Of a stretch of 64,000 nt of DNA, positions 1 to 11,300 are shown piece after piece. This stretch comes from an uncultured Cytophagales bacterium (lineage in GTDB: Bacteria > Bacteroidota > Bacteroidia > Cytophagales > 172606-1), in assembly GCA_902805615.1 (NCBI GenBank), contig CADCTQ010000208.1, forward strand, positions 3,574 through 67,573, given 5' to 3'. The position numbers were made by a program, and so were the translations under genes. The stretch's first letter is position 1, and each line of letters opens with the position of its first letter. The notes beneath the pieces are model-generated. The model saw only the letters and a list, made by a program, of their open reading frames with translations, had not been told where the DNA came from and made no database searches.

Positions 1-270
1 CAAACTAACAACGACCAAAGCATGCGTGACGACACCGTAGCGACTGCCATGATCCAAATGAATGCAGACTTGCATAAAAGCTTCGAGGCAAGGTTGATCA
101 GGGAAAAGCTGATCTCGGACGTAAGCAATTACACCTATGATCTCACCAGTGAAAAATTTGTCGTCAACGGTAAGCCGCAGCCTGAAAAGGTCCACAAGGC
201 TTTCCTCGCGCTGTACGAGTCCATTGCCAAGACACCGATGACTGCCGGGAAACACCTGAGGAAACAATAG
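1..270 (+). CDS. hypothetical protein, probably 5'-truncated by the window edge
   Basis: Track ORF 22..270 (82 aa). The same frame stays open back to base 1 (caa act aac aac gac caa agc = QTNNDQS, no stop), so the ATG at 22 may be internal. I recognise no motif. Confidence 0.3.
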   Translation, partial: QTNNDQSMRDDTVATAMIQMNADLHKSFEARLIREKLISDVSNYTYDLTSEKFVVNGKPQPEKVHKAFLALYESIAKTPMTAGKHLRKQ

Positions 271-384
271 CAGCATCACCTGGTAGCGTAACGTCATGAA
301 TGCCCGTTTGCGGGGGCAAGGGTTGCCGGTAACATGGCAATGCGGGTAGGCAACATCCGGTTCTAACGTGATTGCGTAATCTGT

Positions 385-2330
385 ATGATCAAGTCCTTGA
401 ACGATTTTCTGGCCGGTAATGCAAAGGCATCCACCACGGGGATTACCTTCGTGGAAGGGGGCGCGTCGGATGAATTCCTCTCATACGCGCGGCTGTTTGA
501 CGAAGCCCGGCAGGTGCTTTACAACCTGCAGTTGCAGGGGGTGAAGCAGGGTGACGAGCTGGTGCTGCTGATGGAGGACAACCGATCGTTTCTCGTTGGC
601 TTCTGGGCGTGCCTGTTGGGCAAGATGATCGCCGTCCCCCTGCATACCGGCAACCAGGACGAACACATCAGCCGCTTCATGAAGGTCTGGGGTGGGCTGC
701 CTGCGCCGAAACTGTTAACGGATGAGGCGCACCTCAGCCGCATCCTTGAATTCGCCGGCAAAAGCGGCGTGAATGAGGCGGTAAAGGCAGACCTGCAACG
801 ACGCACCATGCTCGTCCGCGACGTCAGCAACGGGCACGCCATGGCCCCGGTTGCCCCGGGTAGTCCCGATGATCTGGCTTTCATTCAGTTCTCATCCGGA
901 TCTACTTCGGAACCTAAGGGCGTTCAGCTTACGCACCGGAACCTGGTTTTTAACTGCCAGGATATTATAGCCCGTTATCAGATCAACAGTTCCGACTCGT
1001 CGCTGAGCTGGATGCCCCTTACCCACGACATGGGATTGATCTGTTTTCACCTGACTTCCCTGCTGGCCGGCATCAATCAGTACATTATTCCCACCTCGCT
1101 GTTTATCCGGCGCCCTTTGCTGTGGATGGAGAAAAGCAGCCAGTACCGCATCACGCAAATTTACTCGCCGAACTTCGGCTACTATTACTTGCTTTCGGCG
1201 CTCGACAAAGAGAAAAACTACAATTGGGATCTGTCGCCCATCCGGCTGATCTACAACGGCGCCGAACCCATATCCCATCAGTTGTGCGATTCGTTTCTCC
1301 AAACCATGCGGCCGTTCGGGCTGAAGGAGAACACCATGTATCCCGGGTACGGCCTGGCGGAAGCTTCCGTAGCCGTTACCCTTCCCACCGTTCACGCCCC
1401 GTTCCGGTCCTATCACCTCGACCGCCGGCGGCTCAATACCGGCGACGTGATCCGTTTCTGCGAAAACGCCGGTGACGATACGGTCAATTTTGTCGACGTG
1501 GGCTATCCCATTGACCACTGCCGGCTGCGGATATGCGATGACCACGACCATGCTTTGCCTGAGTGTACAATCGGCCATATTCAGATCAAGGGAGAGAACG
1601 TCACCAAAGGGTATTACAACAATGAGCAAGTCACCCGGCAGGTTTTTACCCGCGATCAGTGGTTGAAGACCGGCGACCTGGGTTTTCTCATCGAAGGGCG
1701 GTTGGTAATCACCGGAAGGGCCAAGAACCTGGTCATTATCAACGGGCAGAATTACTATCCGCAGGACATTGAGCGCATCTGTGAAGGGGTAGAGCACGCC
1801 GGACCCGGCAGGATCGTGGCCTGTAGTGGCAGAAAGCCCGGAACGCACAGAGAGCAGCTGGTGCTGTTCGTTCTTTTCCGGCAGCCGCTGCCCGGTTTTA
1901 TCCCGCTCGTGGTGCGCATGCGGGCGAAGCTGGCCGAGAAAATGGGCCTTGTTCCGGACGCCATCGTCCCCGTCAGGCGAATTCCCAAAACAACCAGCGG
2001 AAAAATCCAGAACTTCAAGCTCGTTGCCCAGTACGAAAGCGGGGAGTTTGACCAAGAACTGAACCGGATCGATCAGTTGCTGCGGGAAACCGCCCGTGAC
2101 CTCTCGCCCGGGGAGCAGATCCTGGTCATTTGCCGGGAACTGACCGGCAACGGTGCCATTGCGCCCGACGATAATTTTCTTTCGGCGGGTGCGCACAGCC
2201 TCATCATTGCGCAAATGATCAGCAGGCTGCAGACCCGGTTCAACGTATCCCTGTGCGCGGAGGATTTATTCATCCACAACTCGGCCGACAAGCTCGCCGC
2301 GTACGTTGCGCAACGGGAAAAATCGCCGGC
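385..2330 (+). other. FAAL + acyl carrier domain (lipo-initiation unit of NRPS-1)
   Basis: N-terminal ~560 aa has FAAL hallmarks rather than amino-acid A-domain hallmarks: SSGSTSEPKG, WMPLTHDMGLI, SPNFGYYYL, NGAEPIS, YGLAEASVAV, GRAKNLVIINGQNYYPQDIE. It is followed by a carrier domain, DDNFLSAGAHSLIIAQ (Ser codon about 2197-2199), then a C domain. Confidence 0.9.
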
Positions 2331-5300
2331 AGAAAAAATTACGCCCACTGAAAACAACGGTTATTATGATTTGACCCCGGCCCAGCGGCGCCTGTGGATG
2401 TTAAGCCAGTTGCCCGGCGGATCAGCGGCCTTCAACCTTTTTCACGGCAGCGTGATCAATGCCGCCGTGGATATCGTTTGTTTCGAGAAGGCATTGGTGA
2501 CCCTGGTTGAAAGGCACGAAATACTAAGAACGACTTTTACGGCCCAGGAGGGCGTCCCCAAACAAAAAACCAGGAATGCCGGCGAACCCGGGTTCAAATT
2601 CGATTATGCCGACCTGAGGAACAGTGAGGTGACAATGGAAATGGTGCGGGCCTGGGCCGCCGACGAAGCAGCAAAGCCTTTTACGCTGGAAGAGGGTCCA
2701 TTGCTGCGGGTACGATTGCTGCAGGTAACCGACTGCCGGTTTGTTTTCTTCTTTACCATCCACCATTTGATTGCCGATGGCTGGTCCCTGGCGGTCATTG
2801 CGCGGGAGTTCAGCCAGTTATACGCGGCGTACCGGGGTGGAAAGACGTGCCACCTGCCCGCGCCGTCCATTCAGTATAAAGATTTTGTTGCCTGGCGCCT
2901 CCATAAACTGGAGGAGTCGCGCCTGGAAGCGCACCGGCAATTCTGGCTGAGCCAGTTCAGCGACGAAGTCCCCGCGGTGGAACTGCCCGTGCGCGGCAAC
3001 CGGCCCGCCGTACAAACTTTCAATGGCGGCAACGTAAGCACGGTCCTGCCGGCACCGGTGAACGCGGCGCTGAAGAAGCTGGGCAACCAGGAAGAGGCTA
3101 CGCACTTTATGGTGCTGCTGACCTGCATCAACCTGTTATTGCACAAGTACAGCGGCCAGGGAGACATTGTGCTGGGAACTGATACCGCCGGGAGAACCCT
3201 GCTGGAACTTGAAGACCAGGTCGGGTATTACCTGAATTTCGTTCCGGTCAGAACGACGGTTACGCCGCGCGGTACCTTCACCGGCCTGCTAGCCAAGGTC
3301 AAGCACCAAGTCCTGCAAAATTTTAAACACCAGGAATACCCGGTTGAATACCTGGTCGAAGACCTGCGCGCCCGGGAGAAGAACACGTGGCGGCAACCTT
3401 TCTTCGACGTAATGGTATTGCTGCAAAACCACGGTGCCAATGCGCATTTTGAGGACCTGGTGGAAGGGACTGCCGGCGAGACCATCGAAATTCCATCGCG
3501 GCACAGTGTCGCCGATTTACTCTTTGAATTCACGGAAAGGGGGGAAGTGCTGCACCTGAATGTTCAGTTTAACCCGGATTTGTACGGCAGTGCATTCATT
3601 GAACAGTTAGTAGCGCATTTCCGCGTTTTGGTCAATGCCGTCGTGGCACATCCCGAACGGCCCATTGCTGCCCACACACTGATGGATGCCCGGGAAATGC
3701 GGCAGTTCGCCGATGGGTTGAACGATACGCGCGTTTCGTACCCCGACGAATCAGTGATTACCTTGTTCGAAAAGCAGGCCGCCAGGACGCCCGGCCAGGT
3801 AGCCGTTATTTGCGCAGAACGCGCCGTAACGTACCAGGAACTCAATGCCAGGGCGAACGTGCTGGCCCGTTGTCTCCGGGATGAATACCACATCGGCCGC
3901 GAGGACCGGGTCGGCGTGATGATGCAGCGAACGGAACACGTCATCGTAAGCATCCTCGCCGTTCTGAAAGCCTCGGCCGCCTACGTGCCGGTTGATCCTG
4001 GCTACCCGGGAGAGCGGGTCCGGTACCTCGTCAAAGACAGTGCCTTGCGGCTTTTGCTTTCGGACCGCACCGTCGAAGAGTCACCGGGAACCGACGTGGT
4101 GTTGGTGCAATCGCTCGCATCGCGGACGGGAATTGATGCCGGGAATCTCGACTTTCGGCCGGCTCCCCACGACCTGGCGTACATCATCTATACTTCGGGC
4201 ACTACGGGGCAGCCAAAAGGGGTTATGATTGAGCACCGGGCGCTGGCCGATTACGTTTTGACATTTGCCCGTTATTTTAAAATAGATGAGCAGGCGTGCA
4301 TAATCCACCAGGCATCGCTTTCGTTCGACACGGCCGTTGAAGAGATTTACCCCGTTTTGATTTGCGGCGGCAAACTGGTCGTTTCGCGCAACGGCGGCAG
4401 CGATGCGGAAGCGCTGGCAAGCGAAATCGAGCAGAACAAGGTCACCTTGCTAAGCGCCACGCCCGTGGTGCTGAACCAGATCAGCAACTACGTACCCAAA
4501 TTGAGCAGCCTTGCTGCCATCATCAGCGGCGGCGACGTGCTGCACGTGGCTGACGTTGAAAGATTACTGCCAGTCGCCAGGGTATATAACACGTACGGCC
4601 CCACCGAATCGACCGTATGCGCGACCTACCAGGCCGTTGATTCCCCGGCCGATGTCGCCAGCATCGGAAAGCCGATTGCCAACCGGAGGGTATACCTGCT
4701 CGATGAGACCCTGGCACCCGTACCCGCCGGCGTAGTGGGAGAGATCTGCATCGGCGGGGCAGGGGTGGCAAGAGGGTATCTTAACCTGCACGAACTGACG
4801 GGGAAAGTATTTGTGGAGGACCCGTTCGTGCCCGGGGCGCGTTTATACAAAACCGGCGACTTGGGAAGATACCGGCCGGACGGCACGATTGAATTCCTGG
4901 GCCGGAAAGATGAGCAGGTAAAGATAAGGGGGTACCGGGTTGAACTACGCGAGATCGAAAACCTGCTCCTGCAACACGAGTCCGTCAGGCAGGCCGCCGT
5001 GGTTGCCCGCCAAATAGCGGGTGAACCGTGCCTGGTAGCCTACATCTGCCCGGTAGCGCCGGAAACGCAATGTGATTTTTACCAATACCTGTCGCGGCAC
5101 CTGCCGGCCTACCTGGTGCCTGCCCATTTTGTGGTGCTGGAGGCGCTGCCCTGGTTGCCCAACGGAAAACTAAACAAGCGGGCCTTGCCCGAGCCGGCGC
5201 AACACGCCAACACCCTTTACGTAGCGCCAGCCACTGCCATGGAAGCAGCGCTTGCGGCGGTGTTCGAAGCGGTGCTGGGCACCGGGCCCATTGGCGTGCT

Positions 5301-8300
5301 GGATAACTTTTTCAGCCGGGGCGGGCATTCTCTGAAAGCGGTGAAGGCAATATCCCGCATCAGGGCGCTGCATAACGACCGGCTCGAACTGAGGGATTTG
5401 TTTGAGCATCCGACCGTAAGGGCATTGGCGAGTCGGGTTTCGGCTGGCCGGTCGGAAGCCGGTCACGGCATCCCTGTAACGGGAGAAATGAGCTATTACC
5501 CCGTCACTTACGCCCAGCAGCAACTGTGGGTGCTGCACGAGATGGACCCCGCCAGGGCGGCTTTCAACTTAAGCTGGGCGTTTGCCATGGATGGGCCCCT
5601 GGATGCAGGAGCATTCGAAAAGGTGTTCCAGGCGCTGGTGCGCAGGCACGAGAACCTGAGGGCTACTTTCCTGATGATCGACGGCGAACTGCGCCAGCGG
5701 ATCAGCGCGGCAGACGACACCGGCTTTGCGGTCCAATACCTCGACTGCACCGGCGAAACGGTTGACGGCCAAACCGTGCAAAAACTCATTGACCGGAATG
5801 TCAGGGAGCCTTTTGACCTGGAGCGGGGCCCGCTGCTGCGGGTAAAGCTGGTGAGGCTGTCGGCCCGGCAGCACGTGTTCCTGTGCGCCTTGCACCACAT
5901 CATTTCCGACGGATGGTCGATGGAAGTACTGTCGGGCGAGATCAAAGCGCTGTACCTGCAATTCCGTTCGGCGGGCGCTGCCCCATTGCCACCGCCGCGC
6001 ATCCAGTACAAGGACTACGTTGCGTGGAAGCAACGGCTGAAGGTTGAATCGCAGAGGGCGTACTGGTTGAACGAACTGGCGGGGCCTTTGCCGGTCATCC
6101 AACTTCCCGTGTTCGGGCCGCGCCCAAAGGTCCGGTCATTCAAAGGCAAAAGCTTGGCATTCCAGCTTGGCGAGGGCACTTTGGCGGCGCTGCAACGGCT
6201 GAGCCGCGGCAATGACGCCACCCTGTTCATGGCAATTGTGACGGTATTGAAAGTGCTGCTCTGCCGGTATACCGGCCAGAAGGACATCATCATCGGGACG
6301 GATACGGCGGGCAGAAACCACCGGGACCTGGAGCCGCTGGTCGGGTATTTCCTAAACCCCATTGCAATACGGACGCAGTTGGAGGAGACCGAAAACTTTT
6401 GCGACTGCCTGGCGAGGGTGAAATCAAAAGTGCTTGGCGCCTTTGAGAACCAGGAGTATCCCTTCGACAAGCTGGTAACGGACCTGGCCCTGCCCCGCGA
6501 CAGCAGCCTCCCGCCCGTTTTCAGCATCCTGGTGCTGCTCCATAACTTTGACCAAGCGCTGCGGTTCGAGGCCTTATCCGACGACCTGCGGATCGTTGCG
6601 TTGGAACAGGAGATCACGAGCAGCATCACCGATCTGCAATTCGAATTCGTTGAACGGGGAAGCGGCTTGTCCCTGAAGGCCAGATTCAATGATGACGTTT
6701 ACGACGAGGCAGTCATCAGCCGGTTTGTCGGTCATTTCGAAAAACTGGTCAGGCTGGTGGACCATCATCCGGGCAAACCGGTGACGCGCCACGCCCTGGT
6801 CGAATATCCCCCGGTGGCGCATCTGCCCGGGAACGATCCCTTACCCCGCAAGCCGGATCAGGCCGACCCCTTGACCGGGCTGCTGGGCGGACTTGGTGCG
6901 GGGCGGGGCTCGCGGGTCGCCGTCGCATGCAACGACCGCGTACTGACCTACGCCGAATTGCATGAGCGTTCAAACCAACTGGCCCATTATTTAAGGGATT
7001 ACTGCCGCGTACCGGTGGAAGCGCGCATCGGGGTGTTGTTGCAACGATCCGAATACCTGGTCGTCGCCATGTTGGGGATATTGAAGGCCGGCGCCTGCTA
7101 CGTTCCCATCGATCCCGAGTACCCCGGAAAGCGGGTGAAGTTTCTCATTGAAGAGAGCAAGGTCTCACTGGTGCTGTCCGACCGGGAGTCGATGCGCCGG
7201 CACGATGACCTGCGCGACGAAAGATTCATCATCCGGGAAGACACGCAGGCGGCACTGGCCGGCTGTTCCAAACGCAATGTTCCCCTGCGGCACGCGCCGG
7301 ACAACCTCGCTTACATTATCTACACCTCGGGTTCTACCGGAACCCCGAAAGGGGTGATGATCGAACATCATTCCCTGACCGACTACGTTGCTACGTGCAT
7401 CGCTTATTTCAAACTGACCGCAGACGACGTGGTGGTGCAGCAGGCCTCGTTGTCGTTCGATACGGCCGTAGAGGAGATCTTTCCCATCCTGTGCGTGGCC
7501 GGTAAACTGGTGGTTGCCGAAGAAGGCGGACGCAACATTCCCGCGCTGGTCAGAACGATTGTTGCCAACAACGTTACGGTGCTCAGTACAACCCCCCTGG
7601 TGCTCAACGAGGTCAACCGGTTGGGTGACCAACTCCCGGCCCTGCGCCTCGTCATCAGCGGCGGCGACGAACTCAAGCCGCACTATGTTGACCAGTTGAT
7701 CAAAAGGGCTACGGTCTTCAATACGTACGGACCAACCGAATCCACCGTTTGCGCCACGTACCACCAAGTGACGGAACCCGCCGGCGCAGCCGTGATCGGC
7801 GTCCCGATTCCCGGCCGAAAGGTGTACCTCATGGACGAAAACCGCCAACTTGTACCCGATGGCGTGGTTGGCGAATTGTACCTGGGCGGTGCGGGACTGG
7901 CCCGGGGATACACCGATCCGGTGTTTGATGCGGTTTTCATCGGGAACCCGCATTGCCCCGCCGAAAGACTTTACCAGACGGGCGACCTGGCCCGGGTACT
8001 TCCCGACGGAAGCATTCAGTTTGTCGGCAGAAAGGACCTGCAAATCAAGCTGCGCGGGTACCGCATCGAGCCGGGCGAAATTGAAAGTGCGTTGCGCGCG
8101 CATGCGTCGGTGGAGGAGGCCCTTGTCGTGGTTGGCGAAACGCCCGCGGAGGAGAAATATTTAGCCGCCTATTATACCGGCGTGTCCGTACCCGCCGGCG
8201 ACCTGAGAAAATACCTCAAACAACGGTTGCCGTATTACATGGTGCCGCAATACCTGGTGTGGCTTGACCGGTTGCCGGTTACGTACAGCGGCAAGGTGGA

Positions 8301-11300
8301 TCGCGCCAGGCTGCCCGTTCCGCGGGAGTCTGGAGAAAGCGCAGTGGAATACGCGGCGCCCACCACCTCTTTGGAAGAAAAGCTCCTGCAACTCTGGAAG
8401 GAAGTACTGAACCGGGACCAGTTGGGGGTGCTTGATGACTTTTTCGAAGCGGGCGGCCACTCCTTGAAAGCGGCGCAGGTGATTTCCCGCCTGCAACTTG
8501 AATACAACGTGGGCATCGGGCTGAGGGACTTGTTTGCAAACCCGACGGTCAGTGCTTTGGCCGCCGCGCTGGCGGCCGGCCGCCAGCGCAGCGGCCGGTC
8601 CATCCGGCCCGTGGAGGAGCAACAGTTTTTCAACGTATCGCACGGTCAAAAAAGATTGTACATCCTGAGCCAGTTCGATGACGGGCGGGCGGCTTACAAT
8701 ATCTCGCTGGCGTACCGGCTGCTGGGCCGCGTGGAGGTGAGTCGGCTGGAGCAGGTGTTTGTGGCTCTGATCGAAAGGCACGAGGCGTTGCGGACTGTTT
8801 TCGTAAGCGTCGGTGGAGAGATCAGGCAACGGGTCCTGGAAAAAGAGCAGGTGCGCTGGGCCATTGACTTCGAAAACCCCGAAAGCCGGGAAGGCACGGA
8901 TGCGGAAGTCCGGGAAATCGCCAACCGGGTTGCCCGCCGCGTTTTTGACCTGGAGGCGGGACCGCTGCTGCACGTGAAGTTAGTTAGGCGCAGTGAGGAT
9001 GAGCATTTGCTAATCATTACCGTGCACCACATCGTATCGGATGCGTGGTCGATTGAGGTGCTGGCCCGGGAGGCGATGCGCTTGTACACCCGCCAGGTGG
9101 AACGCCTGCCTCCTTTGCCGATCCAGTATAAAGACTACTCGGCCTGGCAAAATGGAAATACTGCCGCGGGCAAATTCGGGGAAGACCGGGCTTACTGGCT
9201 GGAACAGTTCCGGGACGAAGTACCCGGGTTGAACCTGCCTGCGGTTTATGCCAGATCGCACGGGAAGAAGTACGCGGGCAACACGGTAAGGTCGGTGCTG
9301 GGCCGGCAGGTGTCGGATGGCCTCCTAAGCCTTTGCAGGCGCGAAAAGGCAACGCCTTTCATGGGTATGCTCGCGGCCGTCTACGCAATCCTGTACCGGT
9401 ACACGCAACAGGACGATCTGGTCATCGGCACGCCGGTGGCGGGCAGGGAGGGCGCGGACCTGGATGACCAAATCGGTTTTTACGTGAACACCTTGCCGCT
9501 GCGCGCGCGGGTAAAAGAGAAGGATTCGTTCGCTTCGCTGCTGAGGCGGGTGAAAAAGGTGGTGTCAGATGCCCTTCACCACCAGGCCTATCCGTTCGAC
9601 CTCCTGGTAAATGACCTGAACCTGAAGTACGACGCGGGGCGGAATGCCATGTTTGACGTGATGGTGGTGTTTTTGAATGACCACCACCCGCCGGTTGCCG
9701 CCCATCGCGGAAGCATGAAGACCGAGGCGTTCAGGATTGATTCGGCATTCAGTAAGTTTGATCTTTGCCTGAACGTTATTGAGACCGGCGGCGAAATGGA
9801 ACTGGCACTGGAATACAACACCGGCCTGTTTGACCAGCGCTGGATTGCCCGGTTTACCGATCATTTCACCCGCCTGCTGGCGTCCGTTGCGGCAAACGTT
9901 GACGGGCGGCTTGCGGCGATTGACTTTCTGTCGCCCGACGAAAAGAAAAGCCTGCTGAGCAAAAGCAGCGGCGGCCGCCTGCAAGCGGGTACGCCCGGGC
10001 TGTTGCACCAACTGGTCGAGGAACGGGCCCTGGCGTCGCCCTCGCAATGCGCGCTGGTCTGCGAAGAGGCCACGCTCAGCTACCAATCGTTAAACCGCCG
10101 GGCGAACCAGTTGGCACATTACCTGCGCACCCGGCACGCCATCGGCCGCAACGACCTGGTCGGCCTGTTGCTGGACCGGACAGCGGGGAGCGTCGTCAGC
10201 ATACTGGGCATCCTGAAAGCGGGCGCGGCGTACGTGCCAATCGACCCTGCTTACCCCGACGAACGCATCAACTACATCATTGAGGATGTGGGCCTGAAAG
10301 CAATCATTACAACGACGGATGTACTGCGTGCCGGCGCCACCGCTCCGGTGCCGTCAGCAATCCGATTCGACGCCATCGAAAAGGACCTGGATCAGTATCC
10401 CCACGAAAACCCGGCGACCGTAAATGATTCGTCGGACCTGGCCTACATCATATACACGTCGGGGTCGACCGGCCAACCGAAAGGAGTTGCCATCGAACAC
10501 CGCAACGCGGTTTCGTTCATCGACTGGGCAGGGACGGAATTCAGCAACTCTGTCTTTGATTACACCATCGCGTGCACTTCGTACTGTTTCGACCTGTCCA
10601 TCTTCGAACTGTTCTATACATTGCACGCGGGCAAGACCGTTCTGCTCGTCCCATCCGGGCTGGACATTCCCAAACACCTTTCCAGGAAAAACCTGCTGAT
10701 CAACACGGTGCCGTCCGTGGTTGAGGCGCTGATCGGGAATGGCTGCGACCTTGGCAACGTTACCGTGTTGAACATGGCCGGTGAGCCCGTGCCGTTGTCG
10801 GTAAAAAGGGCGCTGGACTGCACCAGGATGGAGATCAGGAACTTGTACGGTCCTTCAGAAGATACCACCTACAGCAGTTGTTACCGGTTTCGCCAGCAAG
10901 ACCCGGTTGTGCCCATCGGCCGGCCCATTGCCAATACACAGTTCTACGTACTGGATGCTCATTTGCAACTGGTGCCGGAAGGGGTTCCCGGGGAAATATG
11001 CATTGCCGGGTCGGGGCTGGCGCGCGGCTACATGAACAAAGTAACGCTCACCGACGAGAAGTTCGTCGAAAATCCGTTCGCGGCAGGAACAAAGCTTTAC
11101 CGGACCGGTGACCTGGGGTATTGGCTGCCCGATGGCAACCTGATGTTCGCCGGACGCAAAGACAACCAGGTGAAAATCCGGGGCTACCGCATAGAACTGG
11201 GCGAGATAGAGGGGGCGTTGCAGCTTCACCCGGCCGTAGCGCAAGCCCTCGTAACCGGGGTACAGGTGCAGGACGAAAAGCATTTGATCGCCTATTACAC

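Noticed and set aside
271-384. Weak stem-loops (CCCG-tttg-CGGG; TTGCC...GGCAA) and a possible promoter upstream of NRPS-1.
   Set aside because: The stems are only 4-5 bp and there is no clear -33/-7 or -35/-10 match. This is indistinguishable from chance.
892-2214. 440-aa antisense ORF. Many similar long minus-strand ORFs also appear, for example 7165-8103, 16688-17917, 21443-22930, 24379-26550, 42896-43888 and 61508-62800.
   Set aside because: All lie fully inside strongly supported plus-strand genes. Their translations are Arg/Gly/Pro/Val-rich with no motifs. Long shadow ORFs are expected opposite GC-rich coding sequence.
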